From Asterias rubens (Eukaryota), in the NCBI RefSeq assembly GCF_902459465.1, contig NC_047068.1, positions 6,572,001 through 6,636,000 on the forward strand: a DNA stretch of 64,000 bases, read 5' to 3'. The translations under genes were made by a program, and so were the position numbers. The notes under the pieces are model-generated. The model did not search any database. It saw only the letters and a program-made list of their open reading frames with translations, and had not been told where the DNA came from. Shown here piece by piece: positions 24,591 through 37,464 of this stretch. The number at the start of each line of letters is the position of its first letter. Within the stretch, counting starts at the first letter, position 1.

Positions 24591-25803
24591 AGAGTGGGTG
24601 GTTTTGAGGGAGGTGGGATGGTGGGTGGTTTGGAGGGAGGTTCGGTTGATGGGTGGTTTTGGAGAGAAATTGGGATGGTAGTAGTTTGGAGGATAGGTTG
24701 GTGAGTGGTTTAGAGGAGATGGTTAGTGGGTGGTTTTAGAGCGAGTTTAGAGTAGCCGGTAACACTTTGCACTAAAATCAACGTCAAAATATACAAGTAC
24801 ATTGTGCAGAAAATGTTTAATACTTTGTAATTAAATAACTGTTGATAATTGTGCTGAGAAAATGGTGCAAATACACAATCTTGAAAAAGTTTTTAGATTT
24901 GAAACACATTTCTAAGAATACTTCTGTACCGACGTTTTCCTCATGTTATTCTTAATCATGTTTAGACTCTTGCGTGAGTTTGAATCCTACAAACCATGTA
25001 AGCAGGTGTCAAAATGATTACCACATGTTTAGAAAGTCGGTACAACTTATATTGTAAACTAAGCACTGTTTTTACAGTGCATCATAACCTTAAAAACAAC
25101 AGCTAAATTAAACAATTTTGTAAAGTTTTCAGGATCAAGATCTGCAATCATAATCAAATCGACCGTCACCTAAAAAACATATTTTTGTTTAGTGTCTGAC
25201 GAAACAAAAAATCACTAATCCTGTTCATTAAACACCAAGAGTTAAAAAATGTGAACCTAATCAACACGTTTTCAATCGGTTACTGTGTCTTCCATTTCCA
25301 CCTTTAGCCGTTGTTTTATGGTCCTTGCTGCATTCTAGACAAACCATCGTCCCTAAAACTTGCTCAAGCAGATAACATTTACGAATAAATATGGCAAAAA
25401 TTGCACCAGACTAGTTAACAATGAAGCATTGGGCCGTGCCTGTATTGGCGACTGCAGGCTGTGGCAGTTGAGTGTGTCAAATTGGTACCATTACATTGTA
25501 TTGACCTCTTGCACCAACGTTACATGCGACTACTGCCTGCCACCCTCGCCCCCTCTATAACATACGCTTATAAAGCTACGGCTTTACTTTGACTACACGA
25601 TATAATTGTCAACATACCTCAGTCATCATCATTGAATTTACCATCCACTAGAAATCTCAGTTATTGAGTATCCCACAAAAAACAATCATCACTAAACACC
25701 AACAATTAAAAGTTTCTAGTTTCATCAATAAATGACAATCCGTTTCTGTATCCTCCATAATTCTCCTTCATGTCTCCACCGTTTCCTAATGACCCTTGCT
25801 GCT

Positions 25804-26436
25804 TCATGGACAAACCATCTTCCCTCCAGCTTGTTTAGGCAGATTGAAGGAGTGACATCGGGGATGTGATCGGCAAGCCTTCCCGCATGATCCGACGCCT
25901 TCACCCATGAACTCCTCCATGGCGTGGTGTAGCAGGCACTGAGGAGTGAGGCGGCCACCACTGCTAACAGGGAGCTCGCATACGGCAAAGTAGAGGTGAT
26001 TACATGGGACATCGTTCCATGTACCACCACCCCACTTGGATTGGATCACACAATCTTCACGCCCGTTATAGTCATTTGGCTCTCCATTTGGCCAATTCTC
26101 ATAGGCTTTGGTATCATCACCCTTTAACGGACAGAGCTGCCAGTTTCCCTCCTCCAATATGTCATTGCAACCAATCCAAAGATGGTCATTTGGTGTCAAA
26201 TCAGGTTCTTTCAGGAATAGTTCCCATATGTCATCCTGTTCGGATTGAGAGTTTGGGATAGCTAGGTTTGCTCGTGACTCGGCACAAGTGCGATTTGCTT
26301 GGTACCAATCCATCTTGTCCTTTATAATGAAGTAACATGACTCGCCGTATCGGTGCCAATCAGGAGGGCAGAATTCAGCCATTAAACGGGCACAGTAAAC
26401 GCAAAGAACAAGAATTAATACTTGAGCTATATGCAT
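25804..26436 (-). CDS. Secreted C-type lectin L3, 210 aa
   Basis: Intact ORF with EPN and WND motifs and PAN-like tail. Confidence 0.92.
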   Translation of the reverse strand: MHIAQVLILVLCVYCARLMAEFCPPDWHRYGESCYFIIKDKMDWYQANRTCAESRANLAIPNSQSEQDDIWELFLKEPDLTPNDHLWIGCNDILEEGNWQLCPLKGDDTKAYENWPNGEPNDYNGREDCVIQSKWGGGTWNDVPCNHLYFAVCELPVSSGGRLTPQCLLHHAMEEFMGEGVGSCGKACRSHPRCHSFNLPKQAGGKMVCP

Positions 26437-26667
26437 CTTGTAAATTCTTCAAAATGCTTGAAAACGACTGCAAAAGCTAAACGAGTAGAATATTTGATCT
26501 GTTTTATACAGACAGTAACATGCGTCGGAAAATGGTGACCGATATGGTAGACGGAATCCAGCCAAATCCAGCTTTTTCTTAAAATGTCTGAAATACTTCA
26601 AAGTACAGTATTTGAAATATTCCAGAAACTGATACAGTTTGTCAGACGTTGAGTGTTCGAGCAGCTT

Positions 26668-26700
26668 ACTGATGACGTGGATATCTTTTAGTGGTTTATA
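26668..26700 (-). promoter_or_regulatory. TATA box plus Inr-like TCAGT for L3
   Basis: TATAAA at 26700-26695; TCAGT at 30 bp spacing. Confidence 0.55.
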
Positions 26701-27489
26701 CCGTGGTGGTGTTGTCGAAGCAAGTGCAAACTAAACATTGATTTCGCGGAGATGCGCCCCATTCCAAACCGTTAACGTTGTCAGACGCGATGACAGGACT
26801 AAGTGGCTGCTTGCTTTGGTAGTATTCCTTGCAAATGGTGATTTTCAGTGGCAGTTCGTCAGGCCTGCAGTGCGTCATCGTTTCCAGGGAAACAGGTTAA
26901 TTAAAACCACGGAGTTTTAAGAGTCCGACTTTTTCTGAGAATATATTTTCAACACGATACCAGCCTGCCCAACCGCCGAATCAAATCGATTTTATTCGAA
27001 ACTGTTATTTTCTGACCTTCAGTCGCCATATAGTATTGGTTTTGCTCGCAAGCATTCTACTCAGGTTCGATAATTTCTTTCAAAGAGGTAACAATACGCA
27101 AACAGTCAGTGCTGTATTTCTTTAATTACCTGCTTTTGGGTTAATTAGCCTGTAATATTGGTTGGTTACTGCTTATGTCTTAACACAGACTCGCTTATAT
27201 CATACAATTAGACATTCCTATTGCAACGTCACTGTCCATACGGGGTAATCGCTATAATAAAGCGCGCCACCAATAGTCATGCTTAGTCCTTTCCTTCACA
27301 ACACAACAGTTTTGCAAAGGATGGGGTGTGCTTGATTTAAAGCAACTTGTAATTTCCTTTAAATTGAAGATAAAGTACAACGACACGTCCAGAATGACTG
27401 TCATAACAACTGTGATTATTACTCATAGTCTGTCAAAATTAATCCACACTTTCTTCCTTCTAAACCGGTACGACACAAAGGTTGATCTG

Positions 27490-27640
27490 ATTGTGGAATC
27501 CAATTTCGAAGATGTATGGTATCTTTCATTGATGGTTTTCCTTGGCCTTGTTGCTTGCTGGACAAGTCTTATTCCCTCAATCTTAATCCAGCAGATTGAA
27601 GGAGCGACATCTTATTGTATGCATGACCAACACGGAGCTA
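27490..27640 (-). pseudogene. Old relic of a PAN-like lectin tail
   Basis: Minus strand reads R-C-R-S-F-N-L-L-D-*-D-*-G-N-K-T-C-P, and the DNA aligns to the lectin AGATGTCACTCCTTCAATCTG segment; duplicate at about 32428-32577. Confidence 0.55.
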
Positions 27641-29124
27641 TTTTGTAAGAAATACTTTGTATTCTAAATTATTCTCAATAATATAGCGACGAGTGATACT
27701 TCGTGCAAACACGTCTCTTTCGTACAAAGGTTTCCATGGACGTTTACGCCAAATACTTTCAAAAGTAAAGCTCTCATAACAATTAATGTTTACACATTCA
27801 AAATAAAATCGAAAAAAATCGAAACAAAGAGATTAGCACGTACAGTGCCACTCCGTGCTGGTGTACGTGCTGGATTGTTAAACCTTCGTCGTCACGAGGC
27901 GAGAGACAAAATGGCTGCCTGCTTTGGCTCTTCCACGAGGGTAGTTGCGACGTTGAAGGTTGAATCAAGTATAGCCGCCATTGATTGGTTATAATTGAAT
28001 TCACGACCAAGGATTAAATTGAAATATAATACTATGAGGCCAGTGTTGCCATGACAACAGCTTGACGTAAACCCCACAGAAAATCAGAGGTGGGTTTATG
28101 CAGTTACAAAACCCAAAGCTCAAGTCAAACCCACACAACCGTAGAGAAAATCGATATATTTTAAAACTGCTCGTTTTTTTTACTGACGTCGCAGTCGCCA
28201 TGTTGGTTATTTTTCCCAGCAAGTCTACGCATGCAATTAAGGATACCAAAATCACGTTTGTTTCACTTCGTTTCTTTGAATAAGAGAATTCGCTCCTCCG
28301 TGTTCGATGTGGTACTTGGGTCGTCTGCACGAAACTAAATGATACATTGTTTATTGGTAGGTGGGTTTGCTTTGGAGGAAGGGTTGATTTTGAAGGGATG
28401 GGGGGTTTGTGATTGGTTTTAGAGAGAAGTTGGGTTGGTGGATGGTTTTATTAGGGTGTGTGGGTTGCTGTGTGGTTTTGAAGGAGGGATTTGTTGTCAG
28501 CAAGTGCGTTAACCATCAACCATTCAGTGGGGGCACTGACAAATAGATCAAAGACGTTTTTGTTCACAGCTTGATTGGATGGTGTGCTTCTTGTGAGAAT
28601 TAGAATGAATCTTCACATTCATCTTCACATTGGTTGAAAGATGAATATGTAGAGAGAAATGGAATGAGTCTAATCTTTCAAAATCAATGACGTATCATAA
28701 CTTCCCTTATGACCTTCACACAAATTGTGTAATTTCTATCAAAGGCTTAGACTGTGAAGGTACAATAAGAATCCGGTGAAATGATTAGTTGCTCAAAACT
28801 CGCCCTGAGAATCACATGTCCGTGCTGTGCGTTTGGTACCTACTATACCATAAAGGGATGTTTTGATGTTCTAATGAAAAAAAACTATGAGGAGGTTTTT
28901 CCGGTTTTCTTAGCAATTAGTCATTGCATTCCAATCAAACTTCTACATGGGATTCACATTATCTCTCTTGATAATTTTACATTTAAATCAGCATTGTGTT
29001 TACAATACTAACCCTAATTCAAATCATTCACAATAATGTTTGGTTTTGAACTTGAATACTTTTGTACTAAAATAAACGTCCATATCTACTAGACCAGTGT
29101 GTATAACTAAGGTGTAGAATATGT

Positions 29125-29495
29125 TTAAAGGCAGTGGACACTATTGGTACAGAATTACTCAAAATATTTATAAGCTTAAAACCTTACTTGGTAACCAGTA
29201 ATGGGGAGAGGATTATATAGTATTAAACAGATTGAGAAATTGCTCCCTCTGAGGTGACGTACTTTTCGCGAAAAAGGGAATTTTCAACTAGTTTGATTTC
29301 GAGACGTTTGATTTTGAGGTTTCGAAATCAAGCACCTGAAAGCACACAACTTCGCGTGACAAGGGTGTTTTTTCATTCACAGTTATCTCGCAACTTCGAC
29401 AACCAATTGAGCTCAACTTTTCAAAGGTTTGTTATTTTATGCATAGTTGAGAAGACCGGTCTTTGACAATTACCAATAGTGTCCAGTGTCTTTAA
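29125..29495. mobile_element. MITE family A, complete
   Basis: TTAA|AGGCAGTGGACACTATTGGT ... ACCAATAGTGTCCAGTGTCT|TTAA. Confidence 0.9.
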
Positions 29496-30047
29496 TACTT
29501 CTTGATAACTGCTGGTAAACTCTAACTACTTGGTATAATTTTGAGAAAATCTTTAAGATATCAGGTGCGTTTTCGCGGCAGTAACCGATAACTGTTTTTG
29601 TCATTGACACGTAATCAACCAATGACAAATTCAACCAAAACAGTTCTGGGTTATACGACCGCGAAAACGCATCCCTGTAATCATCATTGAATCTCCATCC
29701 AAACGTAAATCGAGTTACAGAATATCCAACTGAACAACAATTTACCAATCGATCTTTTCATTAAACACAAGTAAGTATATTTTCAAGTTTCTTCAATATT
29801 CCTCAGTATAATAATATACATATCGGTTTTTGTGTCCATCACATTACTAGTTCACTGACCTATCATTTTTCGTTCTTTTTGCTCAAGAAGATTTTTTTAA
29901 AAACAAATGAATTATGCGTAAATGTCACCAGACTATTTTCCAATGAAGCATCGGGTTGTGCCTGTATTGACGAACAAGGGCTGTGGCAGTTGCTAAAGTT
30001 GTGTCAAATTGGTACCATTACGTTGTATTGACCTCTTGCGCCAACGT

Positions 30048-30483
30048 TTAAAGGATTCGGGTACTTTTTCAAAATGTCCACAGATTTACATTAAACTTAC
30101 AGGGTTTGAAGATAATGATATAGTGGAAAGCTTCCCTTCAAATATTACTAACTAAGGTTGTGTAGTTTTTGAGAAATGAGTAAAACAAGTCACAAAATAA
30201 TTTTGGTCTCATGAGACCAAAATTATTTTAGCATGTAAAATCCCCTTAACCAGTTATGATATTATACCAAACCATAGCATAACTGGTTAACACGTTTTTA
30301 CATGCTAAAACTGAGACGAAAATTATGACTTTCACTCATTTCTCAAAAACTACAGCACCTCAGTAAGTAAAATTTCAAGGGAAGATTTCTAATATCATAA
30401 TCTTCAAACTGTGTAAGTTTAATGTAAATCTGTGGACATTGTGTTTTTTGTTAGGAAAAAGTACATATACATGTAATCTTTAA
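30048..30483. mobile_element. MITE family B (TTAA-flanked) in L4 3' flank
   Basis: TTAA|AGGATT...AATCT|TTAA with internal inverted arms; empty site CCAACGTTACATGCG present in L1 and L3 flanks. Confidence 0.88.
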
Positions 30484-30743
30484 CATGCGGCTACTGCCTG
30501 CCGGCCTCGCCCCCTCTATAGTAAACGCCTACAACGCAACAACTTTATTTGTCAACATACCTCACACATCATTGTTGAATTTACCAGGCACTAAAAACAG
30601 AGTTATTGGGTATCCCTAAAAAAAAAATCATCACTAAACGCCAAGATTAAAAGTGTAAAATTTCATCAATAGATGACAATCCGTTTCTGCGTCCTGCATA
30701 TTCCCCTTAATGTCTCCTTCGTTTCCTAAAAACCCTTACTGCT

Positions 30744-31373
30744 TCATGCACAAACCATCTTCCCTCCAGCTTGTTTAGGCAGATTGAAGGAGTGACATCG
30801 GGGGTGTGATCGGCAAGCCTTCCCGCATGATCCGACGCCTTCCCCGATCATCTCCTCCATGGCGTGGTGTAGCAGGCACTGAGGAGTGAGGCGGCCACCA
30901 CTGCTAACAGGGAGCTCGCATACGGCAAAGTGAGAGTTTTCGCAGTCGTCATCGTTCCATGTACCACCCCTCCACTTGATTTGGACCCCACAATCTTCAC
31001 CATCTCCTGAGTCGTTTGGCTCTCCATCCGCCCAATTCTCATAGGCGTTGGTTTCAACCTTTAACGGACAGTGCTGCCAGTTTCCCTCCTCCAATATGTC
31101 ATTGCAACCAATCCAAAGATGGTCGTCTCGTGTCAGATCAGGTTCCTTCAGGAATAGTTCCCATATGTCATCCTGTTCGGATTGAGAGTTTGGGATAGCT
31201 AGGTTTGCTCGTGACTCGGCACAAGTGCGATTTGCTTGGTACCAATCCATCTTGTCCTTTATAATGAAGTAACATGACTCGCCGTATCGGTGCCAATCAG
31301 GAGGGTAGAATTCAGCCATTAAACGGGCACAGTAAACGCATAAAACAAGAATTAATACTTGAGCTATATGCAT
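30744..31373 (-). CDS. Secreted C-type lectin L4, 209 aa
   Basis: Intact ORF with EPN and WND; first CTLD Cys replaced (EFYPPDW instead of EICPPDW). Confidence 0.9.
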   Translation of the reverse strand: MHIAQVLILVLCVYCARLMAEFYPPDWHRYGESCYFIIKDKMDWYQANRTCAESRANLAIPNSQSEQDDIWELFLKEPDLTRDDHLWIGCNDILEEGNWQHCPLKVETNAYENWADGEPNDSGDGEDCGVQIKWRGGTWNDDDCENSHFAVCELPVSSGGRLTPQCLLHHAMEEMIGEGVGSCGKACRSHPRCHSFNLPKQAGGKMVCA

Positions 31374-31604
31374 CTTGTAAATTCTTCAAAATGCTTGAAA
31401 ACGACTGCAAAAGATAAACGAGTAGAATATTTGATATGTTTTATACAGACAGTAACATGCGTCGGACAATGGTGACCGATATGGTAGACAGTCTCCAGCC
31501 AAATCCAGCTTTTTCTTAAAATGTCTGAACTACTTCAAAGTACAGTATTTGAAATATTCCAGAAACTGATACAGTTTGTCAGACGTTGAGTGTTCGAGCA
31601 GCTT

Positions 31605-31637
31605 ACTGATGACGTGGATATCTTTTAGTGGTTTATA
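31605..31637 (-). promoter_or_regulatory. TATA box plus Inr-like TCAGT for L4
   Basis: TATAAA at 31637-31632; TCAGT at 30 bp spacing. Confidence 0.55.
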
Positions 31638-34052
31638 CCGTGGTGGTGTTGTCGAACCAAGTGCAAACTAAACATTGATTTCGCGGAGATGCGCCCCATT
31701 CAAAACCGTTAACGTTGTCAGACGCGATGACAGGACTAAGTGGCTGCTTGCTTTGGTAGTATTCCTTGCAAATGGTGATTTTCAGTGGCAGTTCGTCAGG
31801 CCTGCAGTGCGTCATCGTTTCCAGGGAAACAGGTTAATTAAAACCACGGAGTTTTAAGAGTCCGACTTTTTCTGAGAATATATTTTCAACACGATACCAG
31901 CCCACCCAACCGCCGAGTGAAATCGACTTTATTCGAAATTGTTATTTTCTGACTTTCAGTCGCCATATAGTATTGGTTTTGCTCGCAAGCATTCTACTCA
32001 GGTTCGATAATTTGTTTCAAAGAGGTAACAATACGCAAACAGTCAGTGCTGTATTTCTTTAATTACCTGCTTTTTGTGTTAATTAGCCTGTAATATTGGT
32101 TGGTTACTGCTTATGTCTTAACACAGACTCGCTTATATCATACAATTAGACATTCCTATTGCAACGTCACTGTCCATACGGGGTATTCGCTATAATAAAG
32201 CGCGCCACCAATAGTCATGCTTAGTTCTTTCCTTCACAACACAACAGTTTTGCAAAGGATGGGATGTGCTTGATTTAAAGCAACTTGTAATTTCCTTTAA
32301 ATTGAAGATAAAGTACAACGACACGTCCAGAATGACCGTCATAACAACTGTGATTATTACTAATAGTCTGTCAAAATTAATCCACACTTTCTTCCTTCTA
32401 AACCGGTACGACACAAAGGTTGAACTGATTGTGGAATCCAATTTCGAAGATGTATGGTAACTTTCATTGACGTATTTCCTTGGCCTTGTTGCTTGCTGGA
32501 CAAGTCATATTCCCTCAATCTTAATCCAGCAGATTGAAGGAGCGACATCTTATTGTATGCATGACCAACACGGAGCTATTTTGTAAGAAATACTTTGTAT
32601 TCTAAATTATTCTCAATAATATTGCGACGAGTGATACTTCGTGCAAACACGTCTCTTTCGTACAAAGGTTGCCATGGACGTTTAGGCCAAATACTTTCAA
32701 AAGTAAAGCTCTCATAAAAATTAATGTTTACACATTCAAAATAAAATCGAAAAAATCGAAACAAATAGATTAGCACGTACAGTGCCACTCCGTGCTGGTG
32801 TACGTGCTGGATTGTTAAACCTTCGTCGTCACGAGGCGAGAGACAAAATGGCTGCCTGCTTTGGCTCTTCCACGAGGGTAGTTGCGACGTTGAAGGTTGA
32901 ATCAAGTATAGCCGCCATTGATTGGTTCTAATTGAATTCACGACCAAAGATTAAATTGAAATATAATACTATGAGGCCAGTGTTGCCATGACAACAGCTT
33001 GACGCAAACCCCACAGAAAATCAGAGGTGGGTTTATGCAGTTACAAAACCCAAAGCTCAAGTCAAACCCACACAACCGTAGAGAAAATCGATATATTTTA
33101 AAACTGCTCGTTTTTTTTACTGACGTCGCAGTCGCCATGTTGGTTATTTTTCCCAGCAAGTCTACGCATGCAATTAAGGATACCAAAATCACGTTTGTTT
33201 CACTTCGTTTCTTTGAATAAGAGAATTCGCTCCTCCGTGTTCGATGTGGTACTTGGGTCGTCTGCACGAAACTAAATGATACATTGTTTATTGGTAGGTG
33301 GGTTTGCTTTGGAGGAAGGGTTGATTTTGAAGGGATGGGGGGTTTGTGATTGGTTTTAGAGAGAAGTTGGGTTGGTGGATGGTTTTATTAGGGTGTGTGG
33401 GTTGCTGTGTGGCTTTGAAGGAGGGATTTGTTGTCAGCAAGTGCGTTAACCATCAACCATTCAGTGGGGGCACTGACAAATAGATCAAAGACGTTTTTGT
33501 TCACAGCTTGATTGGATGGTGTGCTTCTTGTGAGAATTAGAATGAATCTTCACATTCATCTTCACATTGGTTGAAAGATGAATATGTAGAGAGAAATGGA
33601 ATGAGTCTAATCTTTCAAAATCAATGACGTATCATAACTTCCCTCATGACCTTCACACAAATTGTGTAATTTCTATCAAAGGCTTAGACTGTGAAGGTAC
33701 AATAAGTATCCGGTGAAATGATTAGTTGCTCAAAACTCGCCCTGAGAATCACATGTCCGTGCTGTGCGTTTGGTACCTACTATACCATAAAGGGATGATT
33801 TGATGTTCTAATGAAAAAAACTATGAGGAGGTTTTTCCGGTTTTCTTAGCAATTAGTCATTGCATTGCATTCAAACTTTCACAGGGGACTATCACATTAT
33901 CTCTCTTGATAATTTTGCATTTAAATCAGCATTGTGTTAACAATACTAACCCTATTTCAAATCATTCACAATAATGTTTGGTTTTGAACTTGAATACTTT
34001 TGTACTAAAATAAACGTCCATATCTACTAGACCAGTGTGTATAACTAAGGTG

Positions 34053-36866
34053 TGTGGACACTATTGGAACAGAATTACTCAAAATACTTATTAGCTTAAA
34101 ACCTTACTGTTTGATGTTGTGTCTTGATCATCGAGTGTGAAAACCATTACTTTGGTCTTTGGTACATTGATCTCCATTCCGTACTTATTGCTGGTGTCAT
34201 GCACTCTGTCAAGTAATCAATCTTGCACCGTATCCCGCATGACGTTGGCTCCACGAATTTTCTTTTTCCACTCTTGCCTATCTTGCGCTCTTCGATGTTC
34301 CAGGTAGAAGGTGCTGTTCATGATGATGTCGTTTTCCCACCTCTTCCGTGGCCTACCCCGTCTATTTTTTCCAGTTACTGTTTCAAGAAGGATGCATTTT
34401 GGATGTCTGCTGTTTTTCATTCTCACTATGTGGCCAAACCAGGAAAGTTGGATCTTGTGGATGCGTGAAGTGATCAACTCTGGTGGGTTACCACCAGCTG
34501 ACGCTCTCCTCCACACCTCTTCATTTCGCACATTGTCTTGCCAGGAGATGTTCAGGGTTTTGCGCAGGCAGCGCATTTGGAAAGCTTCTAACTTCTTTTG
34601 GTCTGCCTTCCTGATGGTCCAGGCTGCTGCGCTGTATAGAAGAACTGGATAAACCAGTGCATTCACGAGCCGCAGTTTTGTTTTTTTGTTACGTATTTGT
34701 CATGCCAAGTTCTTTGAAGTTTTCCAAGTACCACGGATGCTAGCATCAGCCTCTGTTTGATCTCACAGGAGGAGTCGTTGGATGGTGTCAGAGTCACACC
34801 AAGGTATTTGAACTGTGACACCTGCTCCAGTGCTGAACCATTGATTGTGATGTTTGATGTTGTGTCTTGATCATCGAGTGTAAAAACCATTACTTTGGTC
34901 TTTGGTACATTGATCTCCATTCCGTACTTATTGCTGGTGTCATGCACTCTGTCAAGTAAATTCTGGAGATCAGCTTCTGACTCTGCTATCAGAGCGATGT
35001 CGTCTGCAAAGAGTAGATCCCGCAGTCTGTACCCGTCTACATTAATCCCACACTGGTCACACTCAGCAAAAGCCTCTGTCAGGATATTCTCCAAGAAGAA
35101 GTTGAACAGGCCAGGAGATAACAGGCAACCCTGCCGCACCCCTATAGTAGTTAGAAACCAGTCGGTGTGTTCGTTGCTTATCCTGATGCAGCTCTTAGCC
35201 TTGTTGTACAGATCCTTAATGATGTTGATTAGTTTTCCAGGGACACCATATTGTTGCAAGACAGCGAACAAACCAAAATGCCATACACGGTCGAATGCTT
35301 TTTTGTAGTCGACAAACACAGCAAAAACCTTTCCACCTTGTTTCTCTAATCGGTGTTGGATGAGGAGTCTTAGGGCAAAAACTTGTTCCACTGTGCTGCG
35401 GCCCACTCGAAAACCTGCCTGTTCTTCGGACAGAATAGCTTCGACATATGGTTTCATGCGCCTTCTTATTATCTCTAGGAGAATTTTGCTGCCATGATTG
35501 ATAAGGCTGATGGTCCTATGGTTCTCGCAGCAACTGGTGTCTCCCTTTTTTGGTAATGTGACCATGATAGATGTTGTCCACTCATCCGGAATCCTTTCAG
35601 ATGTCCATATATTGTTGCAAATGCGATGATACGTGTCGATCATTTTATCGCCTCCCATCTTTAGTAGTTCGCCTGGTATCTCGTCTGTTCCCGGAGATTT
35701 GCCTGCTTTAAGCTTGTGAATAGCTTCCACTATTTCAGACCGGAGTATTGAAGGTTCGCTGTCAGTAGGCATTGATGGCATGTCTGCACATACTGATGGA
35801 TCTGCCCCAGTTTTATGGTTGTGTAGTGTCTGACCGTATTAATTGATAGCTCTTCGATGTTCCAGGTAGAAGGTGCTGTTCATGATGATGTCGTTTTCCC
35901 ACCTCTTCCGTGGCCTACCCCGTCTATTTTTTCCAGTTACTGTTTCAAGAAGGATGAATTGTTTAATTTCTGTTGCGTTTGATAGTAGTTCTCCCTGCTT
36001 GTTGCGAATGCACTTGGTCATCGGTTGTCTGGCAAGGCCTTTGCTTATGATCTTGATAGTGCTGAAGACTTCTTTGCTCTTGTTCTGTTGCATGTTGTTT
36101 TCTATTTGCTGACACTGGTCATTAAACCACTTCTCCTTGTCACCTTTCAGGCTCTTTTGGACTTTTCTTGTCAGCTCATTGTACAATCGCCGCCGGTCTC
36201 GATCTTTCAGAGCTTCCTTTCTTGCTTTACGCCGTTGGGCGGTCAGGTCAAGGGTTGCATCAGAAATCCAGGGTTTTCTCTTCGATTTTGAGCTACTGAG
36301 GATTGTATCTGTTGTTTCCTTTATGATGTTGTTAGTGTGTTGGATGAGTGCATCTGTATCCATTTCTCTAGTGTCGACTTCGTCTTCAAGGACACAGAAT
36401 CTGTTTTTAATTTGTAGTTGAAACCTTTGCTTTACTTCCAGATCAGCGAGTTTGTGGAGCTCCCACTTCTTCCGTTTGAGTGCCTCTGGCTCCATCTTAA
36501 ACTTGATTTTGATCTTGGCCATCAGAAGGTTATGATCAGACCCAACGAGTAATGGGGAGAGGATTATATAGTATTAAACAGATTGAGAAATGGCTCCCTC
36601 TGAGGTGACGTACTTTTCGCGAAAAAGGTAATTTTCAACTAGTTTTATTTCGAGACGTCAGAATTAGATTTTGAGATCTCGAAATCAAGCACCTGAAAGC
36701 ACACAACTTCGTGTGACAAGGGTGTTTTTTCATTCACAGTTATCTCGCAACTTCGACGACCAATTGAGCTCAACTTTGCAAAGGTTTGTTATTTTATGCA
36801 TAGTTGAGATACACCAAATGAGAAGACCGGTCTTTGACAATTACCAATATTGTCCAGTGTCTTTAA
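34053..36866. mobile_element. MITE family A split by an RTE LINE (about 34053-34107 and 36544-36866)
   Basis: Both halves match the uninterrupted paralog at 29125-29495. Confidence 0.85.
34108..36543 (-). mobile_element. 5'-truncated RTE-clade LINE with internal rearrangements
   Basis: Begins at the endonuclease GSDHNLL motif; RT motifs KSPGTDEIPGELLK, FVDYKKAFDRV, GVRQGCLLSP, LFADD; C-terminal RGRPRKRW...QDRQEW; 1-nt frameshift in an A-run near 34681-34687. Confidence 0.92.
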
Positions 36867-37464
36867 TACTTCTTGATAACTGCTGATAAAATGGTGATAA
36901 CACATCATAAAACACAGCTGGTAAACTCTAACTACTTGGTATAATTTTGAGAAAAACATCAAGATATCAGGTGCGTTTTCGCGGCAGTAACCGATAACTG
37001 TTTTTGTCATTGGCCCGTAATCAACCAATGACAAATTCAACCAAAACAGTTCTTGGTTACGACCACGAAAACGCATCCCTGTAATCATCACTGAATCTAC
37101 CATCCAAAAGTAAATCGAGTTACAGAATATCCAACAAAACAACAATTTACCAATCGATCTCTTCATTAAACACAAGTAATTATATACTATAAGTTTCTTC
37201 AATATTCTTTAGTATAATAATATACATATCGGTTTTGGTGTTCATCATTTACTCCTTCAGCCGTATGACTATTACTAGTTCATTGACCTATCATTTTCCG
37301 TTCTTTTTGCTCAAGAAGATTTTTTTTTTTAAACAAATAAATTATGCGTAAATGGCACCAGACTATTTTCAAATGAAGCATCGGGCTGTGCCTGTATTGA
37401 CGAACAAGGGCTGTGGCAGTTGCTAAAGGTGTGTCAAATTGGTACCATTACGTTGCGCCAACGT

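Larger units (their letters stand above)
21153..26763. repeat. Segmental duplication unit B (L2 LINE + G-rich repeat + lectin L3 + promoter)
   Basis: Direct tandem copy of 15604-21096. Confidence 0.92.
26440..30660. repeat. Segmental duplication unit C spacer
   Basis: Collinear near-identical copy at about 31376-38050, which additionally carries the RTE insertion. Confidence 0.9.

Noticed and set aside
28001-28330. Near-identical 109 aa ORFs at 28001-28330 and 32938-33267
   Set aside because: Conservation is explained by the recent segmental duplication; no recognisable domain or coding signature.
32190-32441. ORF with a hydrophobic stretch resembling a type II membrane anchor
   Set aside because: The paralogous copy near 27420 has an in-frame TGA, and the region overlaps the PAN relic 3' flank; no supporting gene structure.
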